Shown piece by piece: positions 52,130-64,000 of a stretch of 64,000 nucleotides of DNA. The translations under genes and the position numbers were made by a program. The stretch's first letter is position 1; each line of letters begins with the position of its first letter. The notes beneath the pieces were generated by a model. It had not been told where the DNA came from. It saw only the letters and a program-made list of their open reading frames with translations, and searched no databases. Origin of the DNA: Eledone cirrhosa (Eukaryota); assembly GCA_964016885.1 (NCBI GenBank), contig OZ024741.1:195424001-195488000 (forward strand). The letters run 5' to 3'.

Positions 52130-53825
52130 ATATGGTATAATCTTATGTGGGACTCCATTCACCTTTAATTGCTAGGCTCTTTTTACCAGGCCCGTGTTGG
52201 TTCTCATATCAGGAATCCTGATTGAGTGGAGATGCGAGTAAAATTGTTGTTTGAAATGATCTTGCACCATACCCACATATCTTTCACTAACTTCAGAATT
52301 GTGGTGTTGTGTGTAATCTCCACCTCATACACAATGGATTTGATGTTACATTTCTGTTGGGGAGGGCAGTTCTCTTTAAGCCTGCAAGAGCAGCAGGTTT
52401 ATTCTTTACAGAAATTTTAGATCCCATAGATGGGCCACGGAATAGGATACCTTGACAGAAACTGTATCTATATTGTGGTGGGAAATATCTATCAATTATA
52501 TCTAAAAACTTCTTACCTACATTAGTCTTTATGTTAAGGGAACGGGGAAGTTAAAAACAAGATAATTCTTCTTTTTCTGTTAGCGTTTTTAGTATGGTTG
52601 GTTTGGGATTGATTGGGTATGTACTTAATTTAATAAAACCACTATCTAGGAGGGCATGGTTGTAGTATGGCACAGCCTTATTGAATATCTCCCTAGTTGC
52701 TGATAGATTTGAGGGCCTACGGCTAATGTTAGAAACTAGGTTCTTAAAAACTGTGTGTGTGGAGGGAGGACATGCCACTTTATTAATATATTTCAATTTA
52801 TCGTTGGTTTTATGGTATAGTTTTTAGGAAGCTGAGGTTAGGTCTAAGTTTACATCAAGGAAATGTGCATTAGTAAGGCTTATATCAATCACAATGTTAA
52901 GTCCTAGCATGTGAAAGGTTTTAATTAAATTTTTACGGAATCTGTCTAGAGTGTGGCTGTTAAAATTATGTGAAAATGAAAGACCATCATCTCAGTATAG
53001 ACCAAAGGAGTGGTTGGGAAACTTAGACTTTAGTGTATAAAGAATATATAACCTGATAAGATTACAAACATCACCACTGTCATAGGACCCATGGAAACAT
53101 CAAAAAAATCTTTGGGGTCAGATCTATTTACCCATGTACCATTACTAAAAAGGAAGGTTCTCCAGGCATGGATTTTTAGTTGATATTTTATGACATTGAT
53201 GCATACAAAAGAATGGGTAAAATCTAAAGCATTATTAAGAAGGTTCCTAGAAATGGAAGGTTAAAAATCAATAATATCAAACTGTGAATTTGGTACTGTT
53301 CTTAGAGAGGATTTCTGTGAACCAGAATATGCTATATTATGTTGTTCCACAGTGAGAGACTAGTGTGTTTAATAATACAAGTGTAGATGTTTCTTAATTT
53401 GTTTACTAGCTAGTTCTAGTTCTATCCTTGCAAGATTTATTAATCTACAGCTAGGTCTGTTTGTAAAGTCAGGTTTGTGATCCTTCAGGGTAATGAAGGT
53501 ATCAAGTTCTGCTAAGCGTTCTACTCTATTGTCAATCTTAAAATTTCTGGTAATATCTTTGGCTTCGTTTTTAATCTTGTTATAGGTGTTGGGTTTAGCC
53601 TTCTGGTATTTAGTAGTTATGCTATTAAAGATTAGGTGGCTATACTTTTTTATATCTAGTTCATACAAATTTTTTGTCTTGTTTAAAAGCAAAGGCATTA
53701 TTAGATAATTTGAGTATTTTAATGTCATTTAAAAGAGTATTTTGGAAGGGATTGTAGTACTTAAGGAACTTTATATTGGAAACTAAATCTAACAGGTCAA
53801 CTTTGAATGGGGATAAGTCCTTAAC
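52130..53825 (-). mobile_element. Degraded Penelope-like element (RT plus GIY-YIG remnants)
   Basis: FITLKDHKPDFTNRPSCRLIN, MGSYD, F(G)LY.DD, HFLDV, NISRRPSNLS..FNKAVPYY, KCNIKSIVY. Confidence 0.8.
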
Positions 53826-53828
53826 TCT

Positions 53829-53831
<3 letters not shown>

Positions 53832-53910
<79 letters not shown>
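53832..53910. repeat. (GA)n microsatellite
   Basis: Direct reading. Confidence 0.95.
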
Positions 53911-53913
<3 letters not shown>

Positions 53914-54097
53914 GCATGTGTGCTGTATTATAGAGCTGAATTTGTGACACATGTAGTTGATGGTTTGAGGATTTAATACATATATTAAACTTGAATGGAT
54001 GTGAATATTCTGATTACCTAATGTCTTTGATAGAAATAGTTATGACCAACAGATAATTATCAGAAAACTAAAATATCTATACATACATACATAAACT

Positions 54098-56465
54098 TGT
54101 GGACACCTTACAAGTGATACGAGATATGTTTCAAGAAATACACAACCTTAATTTGAGTAACAGACCATACAACACCAGAATCGGTAAAGGTGTGGAAACA
54201 ACCTATGAAATGATTAACATTTTGGTATATGTCTCAGCTATCACATTGCTAGCCTATCATAAACACCCAAAACCACACAACCAAGACACAAACAGAAAGC
54301 CAGAACCAGCATGGATACGTAATTTAAAAAATAAAATTTTTGTTCCTGAGATGAAGTATCTCACAGATTGCTGTAGTTATAAAAGACAACATCAGAAAGA
54401 TTTAAGAAAAAACTAAAGAGGCAATTTGGAGATATAAGATTTAAAACTCTAAAATCAAAACTACACCAGCTTTAACGACAACTCATAGCTACAGCAGAAA
54501 GACTAAAATATAAATCAACAGCACATAAACAGTAAGTGCTAGATATATTATTTGCCAGAGATACTAAATCAGACTATTGCAGTTTCAGTGGGAAAGGCTC
54601 AATCTCTGTAAATGACGCCTCTAAAAAATAACAGGTTCAGAGCTACTGGAGATCTGTATGGGAAACAAATGATGAATTTGACAAACAAGCTATATGGCTA
54701 AAAGAACTAGAACAGGAATACTGCCAGCATTTCCAGTCAAAATAATATGAAATAGATGGTTCAATACTGGAAACAGCTCTACAGAAAATGTTGAATAGGA
54801 AATCACCAGGCCTATACCTCATAACAGGTTACTGACTGAATGATTTCACCTTGTATCAATAAGATCTCATATGGCTGTATAGAGAAACTAACAGACGCAC
54901 AAAAACTGCCCAAATGTTTATCAACTGCCACTACTCTCCTCATCTCCCAAAATAGCCAAACGACCCTTGCTAAAAATGACTGTCCAATAGCCTGCCAGAA
55001 CATCATGTACAAATTATACACTGGGTACCTTAATCTGTTCTTGCAGGATCATTGTGCCACCAACAACATTGTAACACCCGAGAAAGCTGGTGGAAAGAAG
55101 GGGGTGTGGTGATGCATAGATCGGCTACTAATTAATAAAATGATACAAGAAAAATGGTGAAGAATCACAGGAACATGACTGTGGTGGGGCTGGACTATCA
55201 GAAGGCTTTTAATAGTGAACCTCATGAGTGGATTATTAAGGCTTTACAGTTAGCCAAAGTGCCACAACCACTAGTAACTGCTGTTGAATGCCTGACCAAG
55301 AACTGGTACACCAATTTGATTCATAGGGGTGAGAAGGAGGAAACTGAGACTGATATGATACACTTCCAGAAAGGCATCTTTCAGGGTGATGACTTATCAG
55401 TGCTGCTCTTCGTCCTCTCACTAAACCCACTATCATACCTGCTCACAAAACAAAGTGGTCATAGAAGTGGGTCCAGAAATAACTCCTATCTTTTCTTTGT
55501 TGATGACCTGAAGTTATATGGGCCAAATATCAACTATCAAAAAACAACTGGACCACACTACACAATTTTCTACAGATATCAGAATGAAATTTGGCGAGTC
55601 CAAATATGCATATTTATTAGTAAAACGTTGAAGGGTCATGACCTGAAAATCTAGAGATGAATGGCTTGACAGTACACCCTCTACAGTCAAGTGACAACCA
55701 CATATCTTGAACAGGATGAGAATGTCAAATATGATGGACCCATAAATAAGGAGAGAACCAGGACTGAATACCTCGGGAGAGTAAAGAAACTCTCAGCATA
55801 CAACAAGTACATTGCCCACAATACTTTTATTATTCCAAAACCATTTGGCCTGCTGAACTTGTCATTGAAGAACTAAGTGAGATAGATGTAAGAACTTTCA
55901 AGCTGCTCAGTGTTACTACAAACTTTAACATCGATGTGGATAGGCTATACTTCTCATGCAAAGAAGGTGGCTGGGGACTAAAATCCATATTAACATCATA
56001 CGAAACCCGGATAGTAACACTGAAGCAACATCTTCATCAGAAGAAAAAGGTCAACAACCATCTTGCCAGGTTTATGAGCATGAAGGTAATAATATCATTA
56101 GGATAGCCACTGATCTGGAGGAGAGACATAGAATAAAGTCTGATATAAATCTCTCTCCCAGGAACATTAGAAGATCTTATTCAATGCTCAAACAAGAAAA
56201 AGAAAGTGAACCGATTCACAGAAGAAAGTTGTGCATGGGTATCTGAGAAGAAAAACATAGACCCCAGAGGGATAAATCATTCAAAAAGCCAGGCATGGAG
56301 TTCCAACAAGTTTATAACATTAAAAACTTGTTGGAACTCCATGCCTGGCTTTCTAAATTTGCAAAACATTCTTGCGATTCAAGGATGACAATTTCTCTTC
56401 TTTTACAACCTTGCCACCAGGAAGGTGGCCAGTCAAAAATGTGCTCGAAATTAAAAGAAAGAGAA
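54098..56465 (+). mobile_element. Degraded R4-clade element between (CATA)n tracts
   Basis: PIACQNIMYKLYTG, LDYQKAF, GIFQGDDLS, FVDDLKLY; 3' end gagaa|catacatac. Confidence 0.85.
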
Positions 56466-56556
56466 CATACATACATACCTGCATATATGACGGCTGCCCC
56501 CTCGTATTCGAGTGTGCGCGAAAAAGAAAAAAAATAATATATATATATATATATAA

Positions 56557-56752
56557 TGAAGGAGATGTGGTAAGGAACCAGATGGACCATAACGCACCAA
56601 AGTACTCAATACTTAGGGTAGTAGAGTGGGTAATAGGAACAAGTAGGACCCCGACGGCTGAGCTCAAGCCGTTTCGAAGGCTAATTGCTGTTGTTTAGTC
56701 CAGAATTAGCCGTCGAAACGGCTGGAGCTCAGCCGTCGGGGTCCTACTTGTT

Positions 56753-56757
<5 letters not shown>
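56557..56757. mobile_element. Foldback pLTR-like element with hammerhead 3' halves
   Basis: Arms 56633-56686 and 56704-56757; agccgtc-GAAA-cggct..agccg-TC-ggggtcc; flanked by (TA)n. Confidence 0.7.
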
Positions 56758-56793
<36 letters not shown>

Positions 56794-56839
56794 TATGTGG
56801 AGGCCATTTTCCTTTAACTAACTCTCCATAAAAGAGTTG

Positions 56840-57045
56840 TTTCGGTATTCTAGAATCCTTCATCCTGGCAAGGTGACCACTCCATCAGAGTCTTTGCTTA
56901 AGCACAGGAGCTTCTATACTTTCACACAGAGGACTTTCCAAAATCTTGACATCACTGATGTGGTTCCTCCAGTGAACGCCGTGGATCCGTCTGAGACACA
57001 TCTGATGGAAACGTTCCAATTGTTTAAGGTGGTGTTGATATGTGA
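56840..57045 (-). mobile_element. RTE fragment
   Basis: HLKQLERFHQMCLRRI..W..ISDVKIL..SIE. Confidence 0.7.
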
Positions 57046-57229
57046 TCTGCATACATATACACATACATACATACATACATACATATATGCATACATACAC
57101 ATACATATGTAAATAAATACACACACATACATACAAACATACACATACATACACACATACATGCATACACAGATACATATACATACATACATACATACAT
57201 ACATACATACATACTTACTTACCGTACTT

Positions 57230-58755
57230 ACATAGACTGCCTCTACCTGAAACATAAAAGGGGGGCAGAGGCCTAACATAAGTCCAGACAGCATTTGAGT
57301 GTTACATCATATCCCTCCAAGAACATCTACGAACCTCCAAGAATAAGAGCCTATATATTAAAAAAGTATGTTTACATAAGACAGATAAGATCTTGAGAGT
57401 TGAGTAGGAACTTCTTGAGAAATACTCCCAGCATGATAATCAAAAACTCACATTCAGGGAAATTGCCCAGCAATATTGCAGTGAATCCATCGATGAAAAT
57501 TTGAATGCCTACCAGCAAAAGGTCATGCCCGGATATGTTGGCAGGAGGCTCCAGAGAGAGTAATATAGATAAGCAAAGTAGTCTATCTTGGACCAACAAT
57601 CACTATATTGGCTCTCACTTTAACCCTTTAGCATTTAAACCGGCCATATCCAACCAGAATTCTCTCACCTCTTTCTGTTCAAACTGGCTGTAACGGACCA
57701 CTCATACTGTGCTGATGTCAAGGTATTGTTCTCAAAATAAATAATATCAACATCTCATAGATTCGATATTATGTAAGATAATTATGTAACATAAAGCCTT
57801 TAATGCAAAAATACAATAGTATATATATAGAGTAATGTAAATGCTAAAGGGTTAAAGGATATGCTTTTGCAATCCAAAAAAACAGAAAATCAATACAATA
57901 TACCTAATTCACAAAAGAGATAGGGATGCAGGCAAAACATCTAGATGTGACAACAAATATAGACTCTGCAGAATTAATATCGAAGATGTCACCCATGTCA
58001 TAAGCAGCTGTTTAAAGGTGTCTTCGTGGTACTATCTACCTATGAGGCTTAATGGAGAGGACAAAATACTATTTAGTGAATCAGTAGAAAGGATAGTTCC
58101 ACAATAAACATATTAAAAATTACAGTGAAGACATACATATACATAATATAAAAGAGTACTGGTGGAATGTTCCAGTCAAAACCCCAATAAAGTGCAAGCA
58201 TAACAGACCAGATATAATGATATGGGACAGTTTAAAGAAGGCATGCACATTAGTGGAAGTTAGCTGCCCAACAGATGCCAATATAATATAAAAGATTAAG
58301 GAAAAGGAGAACTAATGAGGAATCTGCAGATACTCCACCCTGACTATACCTTCAGATTTATGCCTGTGATTGTTGGGGCACTGGGATATGTTAGTAACTG
58401 CCTCAGTACAAATCTTGAGAAGCTGGGCCTCACAGGAACAGAAAGAACATTAATGGAACAGTAAAAGTATTTAAACATTCCAAAAATTCTGCATCTAATA
58501 ACTGCATGTACACATGTACAGATATAAAATATATGCATGTGTACACATATATCTCAAAACATACAGATGCACACATAAAATAACATCCATACTTGCACAC
58601 ACACACACACACACACACATGCATGCATGCATGCAGACATCCACACATATTTACCTAGTTGATGTTTAAATTCCAATGAAGGAGTCCCGTGTGTATGTTA
58701 GAAACTGACTCTCTCTTTATTCATAAAAAAATATAAAATAATGAAACCAGAAGAA
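57230..58755 (+). mobile_element. 5'-truncated copy of the R4-clade family at 59201-62996
   Basis: Colinear with about 61695-62996; ends ccagaagaa|catacatac. Confidence 0.88.
57624..57851. mobile_element. piggyBac-type MITE inserted in the R4 copy
   Basis: TTAA|ccctttagcattta..taaatgctaaaggg|TTAA; the empty site is visible at about 62085 (cactttgaaggata). Partial copy at about 22130-22340. Confidence 0.9.
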
Positions 58756-59200
58756 CATACATACATACACAAACATACATACATACACACATATATACAC
58801 ATACATACATACACACATACATACATACATACACAAACATACATACACACATATATACACATACATACATACACACATACATACATACACACACAGCCAT
58901 ACATACACACACAAACACACATGCATACATACATGCATACACACATACATACATACACATACATTCATATATACATTCATTCATACATACATTCATACAT
59001 ACATACATTCATACATACATACATATATACACACATACACACATATATACATGCATACATACACACACACAGACACACACACACACATACATACATACAT
59101 ACATACATACATACATACATACATACATACATACATACATACATACATACATACATAATACATACATACATACATACATACATACATACATACATACATA
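58756..59200. repeat. (CATA)n/(CA)n microsatellite
   Basis: Direct reading. Confidence 0.95.
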
Positions 59201-62200
59201 CAGTCAACGCGATCAGTCTCATATTTTGGCGTGGGAGACTATTTATTAAATTTAAGATGAATACTATCCCTGACAGTAATGCCACAACTACAGTTATGTT
59301 GAATAACTGGTTATTCTTGTAACTATATCTTCTGAAGACACCTTTTATTCGAATTCGTAGAGATATCCGACTAAATACATAATTCATTTTACAAGGATTT
59401 GCTGCAAACAGCATGGCTGAACACAACATCAACAACACAATTAAGGAAGTACCGAAGACAAATAACAAGGAAGGTAAACAAACTTTATTCAGTTGTAGCT
59501 ACAGAAGAAACCGAAATTATAAATCGCATTTCTCTTGGAGTTGCGAACTTAATAATGATTTATTTAATTGTTATAAAATGGCAAAAAACAACCCCTCCAT
59601 TGGCTATATGAACAGAATGAAGCTACACTGGGACGAAATGCACCCAGAGCTAAATTATTTCACAGCGAAACAATTATGCCAACAAGCGACGTTTGTTGAA
59701 CGTAAAAATAAGATAAATATTATTAATTGTAAGTCACCCACAACAAACATGTTATCAACAACACGTGCTACAGGTCGCCATGCTACTAGACTTCATAGCA
59801 GCCAGGTCGAACAGTGCCTTGAAACAACTATGCCTGTAAGAAACTTGACACCACCTGTACCATCTAAGTCTACCTCGAATGCTGTGGAAAACACTAACGA
59901 TAATAATAATAATCGAAGAAATAATAATAATAATCGAAGAAATTTGACACCACGTGTACCATCCGAGTCTACCTCGACTGTTGTAGAAAATACTATCGAT
60001 AATGATAATAATCAAAAGTATAAACAATCGAAATTTTCCCTCAACGAAATCTTCCAGAGAGAAATTAATTCATGTATAAATATCTCTCTTGCTGAACGTA
60101 TTAAAACGACAATGTTTAATAAAAAACCAAATAATGAAATATTACGTGTTATTGACGAAATAGGGGATGAATATTTACGACAGATAAAAACCCCATCATT
60201 TTTGCAAATCAACGCCTGTTTATATGCCTTAGCAACGACAGTGAAGCGTTATCTTGGTGATAGCAGAGATATTAACAAGAACAGAACACCACCAAAAATA
60301 CCATCATATATTACTAAAATAGAAAAAAAGATTGCTGACATACGAAAAAACATAGGATATGTGACAATGCTCCTTACATGCAAACAAACACAAAAACCCT
60401 CACTCCTCACCAACAAAGAGTGAAAAATAAAATAGAGACGATGTTTTGTAACAGTAGAACCAGAACTCTCCAATATAAGCTGATCACCCTCAAACAAGAA
60501 TTGAGAGCTGTTAGCGAAAAACGCTGATACCTGAAGAAGGTAGATGAGAGAAAAGTGCTTAATAAAAGATTCAGACGAAACCTAACATCAGTCTATAGAG
60601 ATATGAAGGGCAAAATAATAAGTGTCACTGAGGGCCCCATCCCAGAAAGACATAGATTCCTTTTGGAGCAAAATATGGGGTGAAAAGAAGAATTTCAACC
60701 AAGATGCAGTGTGGCTAAAAGAAATCCGAAAGAACTATTGCTCCTACACTACACAAAAACATACGAAATAAGTGAGGGTACCCTTGAGACTGTGATAAGA
60801 AAACTCCAAGATAAGAAAACACCAGGAAGAGACATGATTGTCGGCTACTGGTACAAAATACTGATATTCTATCGGAGGTATCTTATCGACCTCTACCAAC
60901 AAATTCTTACGGGAGATACACTTATACCAGAATGGTTGACATTAGCACAAACATTACTGGTCCCCAAGAACAAAGACATTATCATCAGAGCCATAGAGAA
61001 GCTGTCTTCTTCTTGGGCTACTATCCTAAAGTTAAAAACAGAGCAGGAGGACTCTATTTTCACTGATAAAATAAAATAAATACAGGGGTGTATTTCAAGG
61101 AGACAGTCTCTCTGTGATACTATTCATCCTGTCATTAAATCACTTGTCCTTTCTGCTCAAGAAATGGGAAGGATACATCATCGGCTCACAGGACAGAAAT
61201 ATGAACTTAACCCATAATTTCTTTGTGGATGATCTGAAACTCTATGCCAAGAACATGGATGGGATGAAGAAAAATCTTGACCTGGTTACAACATTCTCAA
61301 AGGATATAGGAATGGAGTTTGGCCAAGATAAATGTTCATATATGATTGTAAAGCGAGGAAAAACTACAACCCAATATAGCAACTTTGTCATCAATGGCCT
61401 AACTGTTTCATCGATATCCGATAAGGACTGATACAGATACTTGGGGATAGATGAAAACATATCCTATAATGGTATCTGTAATAAGGAACGCGTAACCAGA
61501 GAATATTACACCCGATTAAGAAAAATATGGTCATCGGAACTCTCTGCGCACAATAAAACAATGGCTCACAATGTGTTTGCTGTGCCTGTCCTAACAATAG
61601 AATACTCAATTGGACGATAGACGAAATCCGAGCAATTGATGTTAGAACTCGGAAAATACTAAACAACTCCGGAAACTTCCACATCAACAGTGATGTAGAC
61701 CGCCTTTACTTGAAACGTAAGCAGGGAGGCAGAGGCCTAACATCAGTCCAGACAGCATTTCAATGTCGCATCATATCCCTCCGACAACATCTACCAGCCT
61801 CGAAGCGTAGGAGCCCGTCTCTCGAGCAAGTCTATCTGCATGAGACAGATAAGATCATGAGAGTTGGGAAGGAACTCCTTGAAAGATATTCCCTGTGTGA
61901 TAATCATAAACTCACACCCAGGGAAGTTACCCAGCAGTACCGCAGTGAATCCATGGATGACAAACTGCATGCTTATTAGCAAAATAATCATACATGGATA
62001 TGTTGCCAGGAAGCTCCAGCGTTAGAGTAATATAGATAAGGAAAGTAGTCTATCTCGGACCAACAACCGCTATATTGGCTCCCACTTTGAAGGATACACT
62101 TTTGCAATCCAAGAACAGGAAATCAACACGAAATACCTGATTCACAAAAGAGATAGGATGCAGGCAAAACACCTAGATGTGACAACAAGTGCAGACTCTG

Positions 62201-62996
62201 CAGAATTAACATCAAAGATGTCACCCATGTCATAAGCAGCTGTCCAAAGATGTCATCACGGTACTATCTACCTATGAGGCATGATGTAGTGGCCAAAACA
62301 CTGTACACTGCAATCCGTAGAAAATATAGCCCCGATAATAAACACATTAAAAGCTACAGCAATGTGGAAGACATACATATACATGATATGAAAGAGTACT
62401 GGTGGAATGTTCCAGTAAAAGCCCCAATAAAATGCGTAACAGACCAGATATAATGATATGGGACAGGGAAAAGAAGGCATGGATAGTAGTGGAAATTGGT
62501 TGCCCAGCAGATGCCAATATAATATCAAACATAAGCGAAAAAGAGAATATTTATGCAGAACTGATGAGAAATCTGCAGATACTCCACCCTCATTATACCT
62601 TCAGATTTATGCCTGTGATTATTGGGGCATTGGTATATGTTAGTAACTGCCTCAATACAAACCTTGAGAAGCTGGGTTTCACAGAAAGAATACAACTGGT
62701 TAGGAAATTACAAGTACAATCCATTAATGGAGCAGTAAAAATATGTAAAACATTCCAAAAATTCTGCATCTAATAACTGCATATACACAAGTACAGATAC
62801 AAAGCATATGCACACATACAACTCACTCAGGACATACACATCCACACATACAATAACATCCATACCTGCACACACATGACTGCATGCAGACATACCTAGT
62901 TGATGTGTAAATTCCAATGAGAGAGTCTTGTATCTATGTTAGAAACCGACACTCTCTCTATTGGCAAAAATTTGTGAAATTATAAAACCAGAAGAA
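59201..62996 (+). mobile_element. Probably end-to-end but degraded and internally deleted R4-clade RLE retrotransposon
   Basis: N-terminal GYMNRMKLHWDEMHPEL; GVFQGDSLS, FVDDLKLY, CRLC..H..SSC, RHD, NRPDIMIWD..VEIGCP; starts after and ends in (CATA)n. Confidence 0.88.
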
Positions 62997-63099
62997 CATA
63001 CTTACATATATGTGTGTATTCATATACATATATGTATCTATATAATTGTATACACATTTATATACATATCTAAATTTAGATATAAATAAGGTTTAATTC

Positions 63100-64000
63100 A
63101 CACACATGGCCTAGAATCAAAAGGCCTTAAATTTAACTTGTCTAAGACTAAAGTCCTAGTTTGTAGAAAGGAAAATAGAGCACATGTGCCCTCTGGGAAA
63201 TGGCCATGTTCAGAGTGTAGGAAAGGACTAGGTAGAAATTCCATTTTATGTCCCAAATGCAAACTACATAAAAGATGTAGTGGGATCACAGGTAAACTAT
63301 CTAAGAACGTAGACTTTATATGTGGCCAATGCTCAGGTGCAATAGGTAGCAAGTGTCCAAAGGATACTAGCCCCTTCTATTGCCCAGATGGTTCTATAGA
63401 AATAGACACTTCCGTTACCTGGGTGACAAAATCAGCAGTGGTGGAGGGTGTTCTGAAAGTACAGTAGCCAGAGTCAGAACGGGATGGAAAAAGATCAGAG
63501 AGCTTATATCACTGTTGGCCACAAAAGGTTTCTCTCTAAAAATGAAAAGCAGATTGTGTGATGCTTGTGTACGAACAGCAATGTTACATGGCAGTGAGAC
63601 ATGGGCATTGTGAGCAGAGGACCTGCGTAGACTAGAAAGGAACGAAGCATGCATGCTCAGTTGGATGTGTAATAGTAATATACGCGAACGGTAAAACATA
63701 AATGAACTAAGTGAAAAATTAGGAATAAGAGATTTCAAATTCTGTTTACTTGAGAGAAGACTATGTTGCTATGGTCACGTGATACGCATGAAAGACGAAG
63801 CTGTATAAAAAGGTGCAGGGCGATCAAAATTGATGGTAGTTGCGGAGTAGGTAGACCCAGAAAAACCTGGGACGATTTGATAAATTCCGACCTTACACAC
63901 TGCACCTCTCTAAAACAATGTCACTGGACCGAGATCTTTAGCACTACGCAGTAATACAGAAGACCCGCCTTGCCTATGCACAAAGCGAAACCTACAGTCA
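63100..64000 (+). mobile_element. RTE LINE 3' fragment with a PHD-like Cys cluster
   Basis: NLSKTKVL..WPCSECRKG..CPKCKLHKRC..FICGQC, FRYLGD, MLHGSETW, GRPRKTWDD. Confidence 0.85.

Noticed and set aside
59201-59395. HDV-like ribozyme in the 5' UTR of the CATA-targeting element
   Set aside because: Hairpins and a CTAA are present, but I could not build a consistent P1/P2/P3 nesting.

Overview
AT-rich, microsatellite-rich eukaryotic DNA. The SINE types and repeat landscape suggest a cephalopod such as Octopus; this is inference. The window is almost entirely transposon-derived, with one probable host coding exon at 33008-34813 encoding a TIR-like segment. Bases 1-14.7 kb are a nested stack of two unrelated non-LTR retrotransposons (Tx1/L1-like and R4/Dong-like) that both insert into (TAA)n, plus a Penelope-like element (PLE). 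A truncated Dong copy ends in a perfect 38-copy array of a 26-nt piece of its own ORF, with an aperiodic extra T at the junctions. Bases 37-63 kb hold R4-clade elements that all end in (CATA)n. Several unrelated families of short foldback/pLTR elements carry minimal type I hammerhead ribozyme motifs, some intact and some variant. Also present: an internally deleted Gypsy element, RTE LINEs with partner SINEs, and hAT- and piggyBac-type MITEs. All family assignments come from motif recognition by eye, with no database search; boundaries of degraded elements are approximate.
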